Program-made: the position numbers and the translations under genes
NCBI GenBank assembly: GCA_965178125.1
Contig: OZ237743.1
Coordinates: 62,001 to 126,000 of the forward strand
Origin: Bilabrum cf. latius
Taxonomy: Eukaryota
Direction: 5' to 3'
DNA length: 64,000 nucleotides
Shown: piece by piece, positions 23,701 through 36,298 of the stretch
Layout: each line of letters begins with the position of its first letter
Numbering within the stretch: the first letter of the stretch is position 1
The notes under the pieces: model-generated
The model's input: the letters and a program-made list of their open reading frames with translations, nothing else
Told to the model about the DNA's origin: nothing
Databases searched by the model: none

Positions 23701-26250
23701 CCAGCTCCCAGCGGCAAGCATCATCCCCCGGCTCCCAGCGGCAAGCATCATCCCCCGGCTCCCAGCGGCAAGCACTCGCCCCCGCCACCACCTGGCGGCA
23801 AGCATCATCCCCCGGCTCCCAGCGGCAAGCACTCGCCCCCGCCAGCTCCCAGCGGCAAGCATCATCCCCCGGCTCCCAGCGGCAAGCACTCGCCCCAGCC
23901 AGCTCCCAGCGGCAAGCATCATCCCCCGGCTCCCAGCGGCAAGCATCATCCCCCGGCTCCCAGCGGCAAGCACTCGCCCCCGCCACCACCTGGCGGCAAG
24001 CATCATCCCCCGGCTCCCAGCGGCAAGCACTCGCCCCCGCCACCACCTGGTGGCAAGCATCATCCCCCGGCTCCCAGCGGCAAGCATCATCCCCCGGCTC
24101 CCAGCGGCAAGCACTCGCCCCCGCCACCACCTGGCGGCAAGCATCATCCCCCGGCTCCCAGCGGCAAGCACTCGCCCCCGCCAGCTCCCAGCGGCAAGCA
24201 TCATCCCCCGGCTCCCAGCGGCAAGCATCATCCCCCGGCTCCCAGCGGCAAGCACTCGCCCCCGCCAGCTCCCAGCGGCAAGCATCATCCCCCGGCTCCC
24301 AGCGGCAAGCATCATCCCCCGGCTCCCAGCGGCAAGCACTCGCCCCCGCCACCACCTGGCGGCAAGCATCATCCCCCGGCTCCCAGCGGCAAGCACTCGC
24401 CCCCGCCACCACCTGGCGGCAAGCATCATCCCCCGGCTCCCAGCGGCAAGCACTCGCCCCCGCCAGCTCCCAGCGGCAAGCATCCCCCGCCAGCTCTGCT
24501 GACCGATGTTTACTCGCCTGGTGGTGGCAGCCAGGCGGCAGCAGAGCAGCAGGGCCAGCAGGGCCAGGACAAGCCAGTCCGCCCCAGAGGACCCAGCCCC
24601 AAGTCGGCCCGCATGAGCCCATCGAGTCAGAGGGAGGGCAAGGGCTCCTCACCCCCCTCCTCGTCCTCCCCCTCCCCTTCCAAGCCCCCAGGGACCCCCG
24701 AGGCCCTCCGCCGGCGAGGCTCTCTGAGGCAGTTCCACAGGCAGTCAGGCAGCTCCCCCCTGGCTCAGGGAGACAAGGCATCCCTCCAGCTCGGAGGGAA
24801 TGGGCCGGCCTCCTCTTCCAGTCCCGGGGAACAGTCGCCTAGGTTGTCAGGCGGTGCCTCGCCAGGTCCAGTGACCCTGCCGCCAGGGCACGCGGGGGGA
24901 TCCGCAGAAGATACCACCCCGCCTTCTTTCTGTTCCCCCCTAGTTGCCTCCAAGGCTCCTACACCGCTCGAGGCAGCCCTGAGGCACGTCGCGAGCCGCA
25001 GCGGGCGGGTGCTGGCTCGGGCCCTGAGCCACCCCAGCCAGCGTGGCAGGCGATCAGCCGTGATGACGAGTGTGTTCGAAGCTGTGGATGCAGATGGCTC
25101 CGGATCCATCGAGTGGGGAGAGCTGACCACGTACGTGCGAGCACACGCAAACGGCCAGCAGGAGGCGAAGGAGAGCGGGTAGACGAAGAGTGAAGGGGAG
25201 GGCGAGCACGTAGAGGAGGAGGAGGAGCAGGAAGGGGGCATCCCACGGAGCGTGCACGTGCTGTTCTGCGAGGTGCTGCGAGCGGCGCCCAGCCTCAGGG
25301 AGCTCTTCGACAGGTATGACCTGGACGGGAATGGGTCACTGAGCCACGGGGAGTTTTTGCTGCTGGGGGAGGACGTGTTCGTGAAGGGTGGCCCGCAGGT
25401 GGTGGAGCTCCGAGAGAGGCAGATGCAGGAGAGCAGGGACAGGGCCAGGGAGTTGGGGAACAAGGTGGTGGAGAGAGCTGCCAAGGAACAAGGAGAAGGA
25501 GCACGAGCAGAACCATAGGGAGTGGGGAATCGCCAGCACGGAGGTCTAGGCCCCGCATCGGGAGCGGGAGTGGGTATGCAGACAGGAGCAGGAGCAGGGG
25601 CTGGGAGCTCTATGGACTCCGCAGCGACACCAGCGGACGGCGATTTGGACTCCGGATACAAGCTGGCCCAGCGTGCCGCCTTTGCACCCATGCTGGCTGG
25701 GATGGGCGGCAGCAGCCGTCGGCTGGACCGGCTGTCCAGGGCCAGCGCGAGCAGCGGCGGCGGGGGCGGGGGGGCTGCCTCACCTTCCGCCTTCGGGGGC
25801 GCGGGTGTGACGAGTGCTTCGGTGCAGGGCCCTTCCTCCTCGCCGGCCTCCTCGCCGTCGTCCCCAGCGTCGAGCTGGGTGGGGCCTCGCCCCAAGCGAC
25901 CGTCCATCAAGCCGCCCAAGCCGTCGACTTAGCCGGCCGACACAGTGGGAGGCAAGGACACAGTGGGAGACAAGGACACAGGTGCTGGCGGTAGCTCTGG
26001 GACAGGCAGTGCAGCGGCAGGCCCCCCACCCAGCACTGAGCAGAAGGAAGCTTAGCCTGCTAGCAAGTCATCGGCACCCGCTTCGGCCCAGCCGCAGGCC
26101 CCCCCGCCTGCACGAGGCGCTGCCGGTGCCAGCAGTGCATCGGGGGCGCACAGGGCGGCAGGCAGACCCAGGAAGCCGAAGGGTGTGGGGCCAGGACAGG
26201 TGCCTGCAAAGTCACCGCCTCCGCCTCCTGGCATGGGTGGCGCCCCGTAA
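20731..26250 (+). CDS. Large low-complexity protein with coiled coil, His/Pro repeat and two EF-hands (about 1840 aa)
   Basis: One frame with 7 in-frame TAGs, ending at TAA 26248-26250. EF-hands: VFEAVDADGSGSIEWGEL and LFDRYDLDGNGSLSHGEF. Start uncertain. Confidence 0.7.
23230..24495 (+). repeat. Composite coding minisatellite of 27- and 30-bp units (PSGKHHPPA / PSGKHSPPPA / PSGKHSPPPP / PGGKHHPPA)
   Basis: Roughly 45 interspersed variants built on a GCGGCAAGCA core. All unit lengths are multiples of 3. Confidence 0.95.
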
Positions 26251-26449
26251 ACCAGGTGTCTGGTGGGCAGAACTGGCGCACCGCAGCCACGTCTTTGCCT
26301 CATGATGAGTTCCGGTTTGGAGAGTCCCCCCGCGTCGAGATTTCATATCAATTTTGCGTGCAGTTGCGTTTATTCTGCTCAATATTTTGGGTCCCACTCG
26401 ACTGGTCAGTAAAACGCGTCTCGTCTGGGCACGCTGTCTGTCGATATCC

Positions 26450-27676
26450 ATGCCGAAGCACAAGTTCTATGCAGTTTAGGCGGGCCGTAGAAAAGGAATT
26501 TTTTTGAGCTGGGACCAGTGCCAGAAGCAAGTGTCTGGATTTCCAAATGCTTCCTTCAAGAAGTTTTCTAATCGATCTGACGCCGAAAAGTTTGCGTTTG
26601 GGCTGGCCGCGACGTCTGGCACTGGCAGGGCTCCCGAGGACGCCATTCGGCCGAGCCGACAACCTCGGGGACCTCGGGCTCCTAGTGCGCCCCGGGCGCC
26701 CCGAGATGGCCGCCGGCGGGCAAGCAGCACGAGTAGAAGTGCAGCGGCAAAGAAGCGTGCTGTATCAGAGGCTATATCATTTCCCGAAGGCGAGGCCGAC
26801 ACGTTTGTCATGCAGTTCGACGGCGCTTCTCGAGGGAACCCAGGGCTCGCCGGGGGCGGGGCACACCTGATGGATTCGGACCGCAACGAACTAGGGCGGG
26901 CCATTGCGCGCTGGCCGCACGGACTTGACCGCGTGATGCACGACGGTCACTTCGACGGCGCCAAGGAGGTCCCTGGGGCTGGGATGGGCGCCGAGACTGC
27001 CCTCTGGTTGCAGGCACGCAGGAGGGGCAAGGGGCTGGGCACCAGCAACCAGGGAGAGTATCTGGGTCTCCTCGCGGGTCTGTGTCTTGCCAGGGACCTC
27101 CTCGCGGTTCCGCTGCTGGCGGGGCGCCGCGGGCTAACGACGGCCCAGGCACGCGCTGCTTTCGTGCGGGGCGTGGGGGATGCGGAGGGGGGCGAGGGGG
27201 ATGGAGTTGGGGAAGGGGTAGGGAGGAGCGGGGCAGCAAAAGGTGGTGCCGAAGGCGCCAGTGCTGCAGCAGCTTCGTCTTCGCACCCATCCCCGTAGGT
27301 TGCTTGCTCGTCCAGCCGTGCCGTGCCTCGCGGTCTGTCCCACACGCGGGCCCGACTGGTGCTGCTGGGCGACTCGCAGCTGATAGTGAGGCAGCTGAGA
27401 GGCTCATACAGCGTCAAGTCGGACTCAATTCTCGTGCTGCACAAGCGTGCACTGCAGCTGCTGGACCGGCTTTGGTCCGCAGGAGTGCACTGCGACCCCA
27501 GCAGCGACATTGGGCATGTACCTCGGGCGCACAACGCCGTGGCAGACGCTCTGGCCAATGAGGCTGTGGACCTGCCCGAGGGTGAGCACTTCAAAGAGGC
27601 GCTAGTGAGGGACAGGGGGCAAGCAAAAGGCAAGAGTGGGGCATCTGGCGCTAGTGAGGAGGACAGCCTGAACTGA
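26450..27676 (+). CDS. Ribonuclease H1: N-terminal hybrid-binding (Cauli_VI) domain plus archaeal/plant-type RNase HI domain
   Basis: Hybrid-binding domain [38 protein letters not shown] (TAG at 26477). Catalytic motifs FDGASRGNPG, TSNQGEYLGL, GDSQLIVRQ and HVPRAHNAVADALAN. A TAG at 27296 separates catalytic motifs; TGA at 27674. Confidence 0.9.
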
Positions 27677-27890
27677 CTGCAGTTCTTTTCCGTGATGCAG
27701 GGTCGCGATCAGCTGCCTGGTAGACTCCTTCGAGTTGCTAACCTTTCAATAGCACGTGGCAAGCTGGTGGCGGTCGACGGTGTGACGAGCTCGTTAAGTT
27801 CCGGTTTCGTAGCAGCACCGCGGTGGGTTGGGCAGGGCTAGCGAGTCTTATCTCACACTTTGGCATCTCAACCTTGAGCGCAAGGGCAAC

Positions 27891-28244
27891 ATGGCAGCAG
27901 CAGAGGGTAAAACACCATCACATGTACGCTTAAATGTGACTGTGACGCTGGACAAGTCGGACACGACTCTAGTGGACGATTACAAGAAGTGGGTTAGCGC
28001 GCACTGCCCGGTCGTGATCGAAAACGGGGCCACGAGCGGTGAGATCCTGCAGCTGCGGACGGCCGAGGGTGAGGATGCGAAGTTCCTATCGACGTACGTG
28101 TTTCCTTCCCAAGCTGCGCTGGACAAGTACGTCAAGGAGGTGGGCCCGAAGATGGCGGCTGACCTCGAGAAGTCTATAGGGGGACGCCCGATGACCTCTG
28201 AAGTAGCGGTCGGGAGCTGCTTCATCGCTGTCTCGGGCAAGTAA
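27891..28244 (+). CDS. Small DUF4286-like (dimeric alpha-beta barrel-like) protein, paralogue A
   Basis: Pattern LNVT...DYKKWVSAHCPVV...FLSTYVFPSQAALDKYVKEVGPKM resembles DUF4286. A clear paralogue starts at 29497. The TAA stop overlaps a possible GTAAGT donor, so the 3' end is uncertain. Confidence 0.65.
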   Translation: MAAAEGKTPSHVRLNVTVTLDKSDTTLVDDYKKWVSAHCPVVIENGATSGEILQLRTAEGEDAKFLSTYVFPSQAALDKYVKEVGPKMAADLEKSIGGRPMTSEVAVGSCFIAVSGK

Positions 28245-29093
28245 GTACTTGGACATCGAAATTTGGTATGTTTCCAGTCGGTGGTCCAGTGGAGCACTAG
28301 GCTGGTCAAAGAGGCCGGCTGCCAGGCTCCCGCTGTCTACTGGTGGGTTGGTGGTCACAGTTGGCCTCCTTGAATAAAAGACAGGTATACCTCCTGGCTG
28401 CAATAGTAGTCTATCACTATCTATATACAACAATGACATCATAGCTTTAAGTTTTAAGTTATCGATCAGCACAGAAGAAATAAACATGTTCAACCGGCGG
28501 CGAGGAGCAGAAGCCCAACATTTATTCGGAGAGATACAGTTCTTTGATCTGCGCATTCCGGTCGTGAATATGATCATTAGCAAAGGTGGCAGAGGCTGCT
28601 TAGAAAATAATGACTGAATACCTGTTGCTGTCCGTTCGCTCCCTACGATCCAAAATTCCGGATCGATTACGAGAAAGCAAGCAAGACGCAAAACAGCTAG
28701 ATAGATTCAGCAGGAGCAAAGCTTCCTGGAAACTAACACGTAAAATGTGCACATATCTTAGGAAGGCTGCCAACTTACAGCCGCAGTAGTGCCGCCAGTG
28801 GGGCACTTGTCAGATCCATGCAATTTGATAGACCGCCAAGCGCAAGGCTGACTATCCAAGCGAATGGAGACCACCGGCAGAAGCATGCATATGTGCACCA
28901 TGAATGCTACCTCTGCAGAGGATCGCCTACCAGGCTTGGAGGCCGAAGCTACCGCAACAACCGAGCTACTAGAACGCCAGCAGCAAGTAACAATTGGATA
29001 AGGGCACATATGAGCCCACAATACTCCCTTTAAATATGTAGGCTTCGCTTCATTGCTATCCTGTCCAGCCAACTCCCGCTCGCCATCCCTCCT

Positions 29094-29357
29094 GCGCTGC
29101 CTCAGATCCCCCGCGAATACCTCGTGTCTACGCGGCGACACGCAGGGCAGCACCACGTCCACCAGCAGAGCGCGCCACTGCTCCAATGTTTCGATCTTTG
29201 CGTCGCTACCACTGCCCCCATTGGCTGCTTCGGACGCGCCCAGCACTCCGCCCTGCCCCTGCTTCGTCCCCTCACACACCCCCATTAGCCGTTCTACTAG
29301 TGCACTGGCCCGCGAGGCGTCCCCCGCCCACACGCACAGCTGGGCATACGCTTGGGT
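29094..29357 (-). pseudogene. Duplicated internal fragment of the HIRA 3' region
   Basis: About 264 bp matching 30873-31136 in the same orientation, with about 6 mismatches. The flanks are unrelated. Confidence 0.85.
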
Positions 29358-29496
29358 GCTATAGTCATACAACTATGCACCAGCACGCTGCAAGAACACT
29401 CGATATCGGATATTTCCGGTTTATGAGCGCCGCGGCGCCAGTGGGTTGGGCTGCGCAGTCACATTTAGGCGTCTCAATCTCGAGTACGGAGGCAAC

Positions 29497-29877
29497 ATGG
29501 CAGGTCTGGAAGAGAGATCGCCGTCGCATGTGAGGTTGAACGTGACTACCACGCTGGGCAAGTCCGACGCAGCGCTGGTGGAAGACTACAAGAAGTTTGT
29601 CACGGCGCACTACCCGATCGTGATGGAGCATGGCGCAACGAGCGGTGAGATCCTGCAGCTGCAGACGGCTGAAGGGGAGGATGCGAAGTTCCTGTCGACG
29701 TATGTATTCCCCTCGCAAGCTGCGCTGGACACGTACCTGAAGGAGGCCGGCCCGAAGATTGTGGCTGCGAGGGAGAAGCATCTTGGCGGGCGACCTCTCT
29801 CCTCAGAAGTCGCAATCGGAAACTGCGTTATCGCCAGCTCAAGCGGCGACGTAGGGCGTGTGTGTTTAATTCTATGA
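29497..29877 (+). CDS. Small DUF4286-like protein, paralogue B
   Basis: About 70% amino-acid identity (by eye) to 27891-28244, with a homologous upstream sequence. Ends at TGA 29875. Confidence 0.65.
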   Translation: MAGLEERSPSHVRLNVTTTLGKSDAALVEDYKKFVTAHYPIVMEHGATSGEILQLQTAEGEDAKFLSTYVFPSQAALDTYLKEAGPKIVAAREKHLGGRPLSSEVAIGNCVIASSSGDVGRVCLIL

Positions 29878-30653
29878 GGCGGGGCGGCACGTCTAGGGTA
29901 ATGCAATGTAGCTGGAGGATAGGGCTTCTCACGGCTGCAGAGCTAGAGCCTCGATTGCACCAGTGTGGGTTGGAGCTTATTTTTTCCAGGTCTTTATGAA
30001 TGTCAGTTCCACTGTGGTCATATTATCCAATAATTGAAAATAAATCACTCATACGAAATGGGCCAGAAGTATAAAAGGGCGTACTGGTAGTACATGGGGC
30101 TTTTGTTCGAACGAGACGGCCAATTGGTAGGATGGCATCACCGCAGTCTCTGGCAGACGAGCAACCTAGTCGCCTTAAATTCATATAAGTTGGTAAATTG
30201 ATCCACTCTATCGCATTTCTATCTGCGGCTGCTCACTTGCGATCGCGTAGTGGTCGCAGAACAATGGCTTCGGCATGCGATCCTTGTTCCATGCGCGAGT
30301 GAAGCCTCTCAAAGCCCTTTGATTGCCGCGGTGTGCCGCATGCTTCTCCCAAATCTAAGTGGAATTATCCGACTCATGACTCCTCTTTCGCTGCTTTGCC
30401 TTGGTCTCCATAAAGCCCTAGACATTTAGCGTGCGACCGCTGCCAATCAAGCACAATGAATCGGATCACAAACGATTCAGTGTGTTCAACAATAGGATGT
30501 TTGTTCGCCGGTCTAACCGAAGAGATATTAGCTCGCAGCGCCCTTGGCTTCCAAACCCATCCCGGATGCTGGACGCTGTCCTGGGCTAGCCTACACGAAG
30601 GAGAATTTTTCCAATTGAACGGATCAGCTGTACTCCAATGCAAGGACGCAACT

Positions 30654-33600
30654 TCATGCTGATTGGCCGCGGTCCTACAGTAATGAGGCAACTGCTGCCT
30701 CCACAGGCGAGGGGCCGGCCCCGAGCTTCTCTAGAGGGCTTGTCGCGCCTGCAGACCCCACTCCCGCCAGCAGCAGCTCATCTTCCAGAGCCAGGTGTCC
30801 CGATGCGTTCTCCTTTCTTTGCTTTTTCTTCCCCTTGCTCGCGGCAGTCCCTGCCTCGCCCAAATCCCCCCAGCGCTGCCTCAGCTCCCCCGCGAATACC
30901 TCGTGTCTACGCGGCGACACGCAGGGCAGCACCACGTCCACCAGCAGAGCGCGCCACTGCTCCAATGTTTCGATCTTTGCGTCGCTACCACTGCCCCCAT
31001 TGGCTGCTTCGGACGTTCCCAGCACTCCGCCCTGCCCCTGCTTCGTCCCCTCACACACCCCCATCAGCCATTCTACTAGTGCACTGGCCCGCGAGGCGTC
31101 CCCCGCCCACACGCACAGCTGGGCATACGCTCGGGTCCACACCACCTCCTCCACACTGGGGGCATACTCATCACACCATGATCCGGCTCCGAATCCCCCC
31201 GCTCTCCGCACCGCCCTCGCGGCCCACAGCCGATCCTCGGCCTCCCCGAGACCGTCCACCAGCGCGCGAGCCGCCTGCAGCCGAGCGGCCTGATCCTGGT
31301 CCTGATCTGCTGCAGTCGAGGGGCGGACCCGGGCCCGGGGGCTCGCTTTTCCTTGTTCTCCGGGTTGTTCCCTGCCCCCCATAGAGGCAGAAGCAAGGAT
31401 CCTCGCGGCTGCATCGGCTGCTGCGTCGCACCTCGAAGCGATCTCGCCGATCTGGGCGCCTAGCCCATCAGTCTCTGACCCTGTCGACCCGCGGCCTCCC
31501 TCACGCGCGAGCCCTGCCGCCGCCACGGCCTCGGCTGACTGCACCAGCGCTGCCCTGAGGTCCCCGCCCAGTCCCCGCGCCCGCAGGACCAATGCACTGC
31601 CCCCCATCCCGCCCTCACCCTCGCCCTCGCCCTCGCCCTCGCCCACCCGCGCCGCCAAGCCCTCAAGTGCAGGCAGTGCACGGCGGGGCAGTACGGAGGG
31701 GAGGAGCCTCCATGCCCTGGCTCTCGTGTCAAAGACCATGTCCAGCACGGAGGGAGGAGCGGCGGCCGCCAGGGCCGGCGCATCTGCCCCGGGTGGGGCC
31801 CCGAGCCCTGCCTCGATCTGGACCAGGGGCCAGCCGCCGCGGCTGAGCCTGATCCCGCGGACGCGATGCACCATGGGCCACTGGGCTGTGGGGCCGACCC
31901 GGGTACCTGCTGCCCCCGTCCCCGCCCCTCCTGCAGCTGGAACTGACGAAGCAGTCGCGATGCCCGCCTCGGCTGCGGCCGCCGATGCCCGAGCCAGGGC
32001 AGGCGCGACCGAGCACACACAGTCCGCCACCAGCTCGCCACTACCCCCGCCCCGGCCTCCCCTGTCCTCGAGAGACCACGCGATCAGCTGTCCATCTGCC
32101 CCCAGGGCACACACCCGCACTGAGGCAGACACGGCGCCCGCTCCTTTCCTATTCCCAGCAGACCCGTCTCCCTGTCGCACGTCCAGGTACATGGCCACGA
32201 CGGGCGCCCCCAAAGACACAGGCCCAGCCACCCGCTGGCCCGCCCCGCCCAGCAGAGCCACCTCCCCGGATTCAAAGCCGACTCCCACCAGCATGTCCGT
32301 CCTGCCCTCGTCCTGCTGGGCGCCTGTCCGCCTCCTCGCTGCGGCCACGGAGCACGCCCGTCCCGGCAGACGGGCCATCCACACGACCTCCTCGGCTCCA
32401 CCGGCCCGGCCAGAGGAAGCAGAGAATGAGGAGGAGGAGGAGGAAGGAGGAGGGGGCATCTGCGACCCTCCCGACTAGCCCACAGCCAGGGTGCCGCCAT
32501 TGCCACTTGTCCTACCGCTACTTGATGCGCCAATCACGGCGGCCGAGCCACCACCAGAGCCCTCAGTTCGCCTGCTCAGAGCCACAGTGGAAGTGAAGGC
32601 AGCAGCACCTGCCGCGACCAGTGCATTCGTGACGCCAACCCCCGCGCCAGCTCCTTGCACTACCGTGGGCTGCACCTGCACGCGGGCGGTCTCCGACAAA
32701 GAGGCTTGCACGCCGAGCACCACAGATCCGCCGGGCCCTGCGCTGACAGACCAACCCGCCCCGCTCCTCTGCCAACCACCGCCACCAACAGAGGATCCAG
32801 CGCCAGATGGCCCGTCACCTGCGCCCTCTGGGTGTGCCAGCAGCCAGGGGCGGCCGCTCGCGCGCGCAGATCTCAACGCAGGCATCGACCGCGCGGGCCA
32901 CCTGGTTGCAACCGCGTCGTGTGGAGCCACCCCCGGCAGGGCAAGGGCCATGCCAATGCCTGCCCCTCCCGCGGCCCCTCCTAGTGCGGACTGCAGCGCA
33001 GACAAGAGCCCCTGCATCCCCGGCCCGCCAGCACCAGCACCAGTCCCCCCTCCTGCTCCACCCCCCCTCGCCACCTGCCTCAGCGCCCTCGTCAGCGCCA
33101 GCACCCCTTCTCTCTCAGGCGTGCCCATCCCCGCCCCACCGTCGAACCCACCACCCAGCCCCATTCCCTCGTCTTCGTCTTCGTCCGCCCCACCGTCTCC
33201 ATCGAACCTCCTTGTGTCCCCTCTCCGCCTCTTGGCCGCCCGCCCCCTCTCACTCCCCCCCTCCTCGTCTCCATCCTCCAGCAGCTGTACCTCGTCGTCG
33301 TCATCCTCCCCCAGCTGCCCTAGCGCCTCCCCTCGCCCTCTCTTCTGCCCCGCCACTGGATACGCCCCTGCTCCCCCTCCTCCGCCCCTGGACCCATACT
33401 ACCCCCCCTCCCCTTCCCGCTCCACGATCTTCTTCGAGGCGGGGCCCTTCCACTGCAGCGCGTGCCTCTGCCTCCCTGTCCTCCTCGCCCTCCACCTGCA
33501 CCCGGGCACCGGACACAGGGGGGGCGGCTCCACCAGAGCGGCATAGCCGTCACCCCCTTCGCTGGCCTCTGCTTGTTCCCTGACAGCGCCTTCCTCTTCC

Positions 33601-33957
33601 AGCAGCCGATCCACGAGAGAGGCCACGTCATCAGAGGTATCGGCTCCTGCGGCACCGCCGCTGCTGTCGATGCTCCCGCCGTCCGCGTGCTCGAGCCATG
33701 CAGTGTCCCATGGAGCGGCGCGTGCAAATGCAGAGCCCCAGCCAGCAGCCGAGTCCACCGCGTGTGGCGCACCCCGATGCCCACCCACGTGCCCCTCTGG
33801 CAGCACCGGCGTTCCAAGCCGGGAGGCCGGTCCCACGGGCAGCATCAGCAGCGCCACGTGACCGCTGGCACTGCTGGCGAACAGCGGCAGAAACACCTCC
33901 AGGGGCTGATTGGTGCTCGGATCAGAGCTTCCGTTGGAGCCCATGTCACCCCCTTCA

Positions 33958-33991
<34 letters not shown>

Positions 33992-36267
33992 TGCCTGCCT
34001 GCATGAGACCACGGCGGCCCCGGGACTGACCGCTGCCCCTCTGCTGCCCCTTCCCCGCCATCGCCCTGCGCGCCGCCACGAAGGGGTTGGCCCCCAGCGG
34101 GACAGTCATGACCTCGCCGTCCTCCCGGCGCACCACCAAGCACCGCCCCGCGGATAGGTCAGTGACGGGCTGGCGGAACACCCCGGTGAAGCGAGCCACG
34201 GGGCGCGCCCTGTCACTGGCCCACACGAACACGCCGCCCTGCGCATCCCCGGTGGCCACGATCGTCCGCCTCCTGCGCTTGGGACCAGGTGGTGGCGGGC
34301 GGACCGCGGGCCAGGCAGACCCCTGCGGCAGAAAGTCCGCGGGCAGGGCAGCCGAGCAGACCACGGGGGCCTTGTGCCCCACCAGGTCGGCCACAGGGCG
34401 GGCCGACAGTCGGCTGGACCTGCCCCCTGCAAGCAGCCTCCTCCACAGGTCCCCGGTGCCCCCCTGCTGCTTGCCAAGCAGCACGTCCGCTGGCTTGAGC
34501 CCCGAGAGCGCGTCGGACTCCAGCCCCTTCAGCCACTCCGGGGGGGCGTCCAGCGATGGCCCACCCCCGTGCTCCACCCCCTCCCCAGCGGCCCTCCGGC
34601 TCGCAGACACGACGGGGGCTGCCCTCCACGGGGCCCTAGGCACCACAAGGTCATCGCAGCCCCCCGGCAAGCGGGCGTGCAGCGCGTCTGGCATGGGCGG
34701 ATCCTGGGCGGGCAGGTGCGCCAGGGGGGTGCGAAGGGCGGGCCTGGCCACCACCGAGGCCACGGGGACCGGGTCATGTTCCGCACCCGGTAGCACGAGC
34801 GCGGCGCCGTAGGGGTCCCACGCCAGCCTCCGGAAGAGCCCCTGCTGGTCAAAGAGCCTGCCCAGTGAGCCGTCGTCGTTCTGAGTGCGGAAGGGGGCGG
34901 TGATGGAGCACTGCCTGGACCACGCAGTCCCCGGAGCGGCTGCTGCGTCAGCCTCTTCCTCTTCGTCCTCGCCAGTCTTCTGCTCCTCTCCCGGTGAGGG
35001 CGCCGCCAGCTGGGACTGCTGCGTCTGCAGCAGCAGCTGCATCCCGGTGGGGGCGCCGGCACCCGCTTGCGATAGACCAGAGCCCCCCTTGGACCCGATG
35101 CCACCCGTGCCCCCCCCCTCTTTGCCCACCCCCGCTGTGGCCCGCACCGCGCTTTCCTCCTTCTGCACCCAGCGCCGCACCCCCCACGCCCCGTCGCACC
35201 TCCGGTACAGGTCCGCCCGCCCCGCCCCGTACAATACGGCCAGGTACTCCCCTCTCGGGCCGAAGCTGGCGCTCAGGGCAAATCCACCGTCTCTCGACTC
35301 GATCACAGCCGCCGGTGACGTCACCGCGATGACTGGATCCTGCGCCGCCACCACGTGAAGCCCCGCGGCTAGCTTGTCCGCGTTTGAGGCCTGCTTGGCG
35401 GTGGGCTCCCCCGCCCTCCTGGCAGCGGTGTCCATGGCTGCCTGCGAGAGCGCCCCTCCCCTGGGAAGCACAGCAAGGGGGGCTCCAGCTGCTGCTGAGG
35501 AGGAGGAGGAGGAGATGGTCGATGGCTGGGGCAAGGCTGCTGCTACCTGGGAGCCAGGCAGAGATGGGGGTACGGTGGCACTGCCGTCCGTTGTTCCCTG
35601 GCCCCCTCGATCCCCCGTACTGTGTGGCACAGAAAGACCGAGGGCCGCGATGCTATCCATGCTGTCCTCCCCTCCCGCGAGCCCTCCTCCTCCTGCCGTC
35701 CCGAAGGCACCCATGGAGTCCTGGCTCAGCCCACCCAGCTGCATTGCCTTGCGGTGCCTAGTGGACCGCAGCAGCGCCTCGGCCACGTCCCAGACCAGCA
35801 CCCTCCCATCCGTCCCCGATGTGACGAGCAGCCGCCCGCAGGGAGACCATCCAACGCTCGTGGCCTTGCACACCCCCCTGCCCCTGTGCTGCAGCGAGGC
35901 AGCGCAGTGCCACCACCCTTGTTCCCTGCCCTCGGCAGGCCTCCCAGGCAGCGCCCCCATCACCTCGGCCAGGTCATGCGAGGCCTCTTGTTCCCTGAGC
36001 ACGGCTGCCTCCGCTGCCACCGCGGCCCTCTCCCGCTCCCCTTGTTCCCTGGGCAGCGGTTCGAACCGCGCCTCTGCAGGAGCGGGCAGCGAAGGCGGCT
36101 GGGCAGGGTCCTGTCCAACATGGGGCGGAGCTGAGGCAGACCTAGTCATCGTCTCCTGGGCAGGTGCCCCTTGGGCCTGAGCAGGGGGTGCCTGCAGCTG
36201 CTACTGCTGCTGCCCCTCCACTGCAGCAGCGGGTAAATCCGTGGCGGCCGACTGCTGCGACTATCCA

Positions 36268-36298
<31 letters not shown>

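Noticed and set aside
18481-24495. CRISPR arrays
   Set aside because: Both repeats are head-to-tail without unique spacers, have unit lengths divisible by 3, and lie in eukaryotic CDSs. No cas genes are present.
23072-24781. Long alternative-frame ORFs over the minisatellite, and the many antisense ORFs in the track
   Set aside because: These are shadow ORFs caused by high GC content and triplet-length repeats, with no recognisable domains.
26450-27676. Retrotransposon RNase H
   Set aside because: There is no RT, integrase, gag or LTR nearby, and it carries the cellular hybrid-binding domain.
28086-28691. 201-aa minus-strand ORF
   Set aside because: It is AT-rich, overlaps paralogue A in antisense, and has no recognisable motifs.
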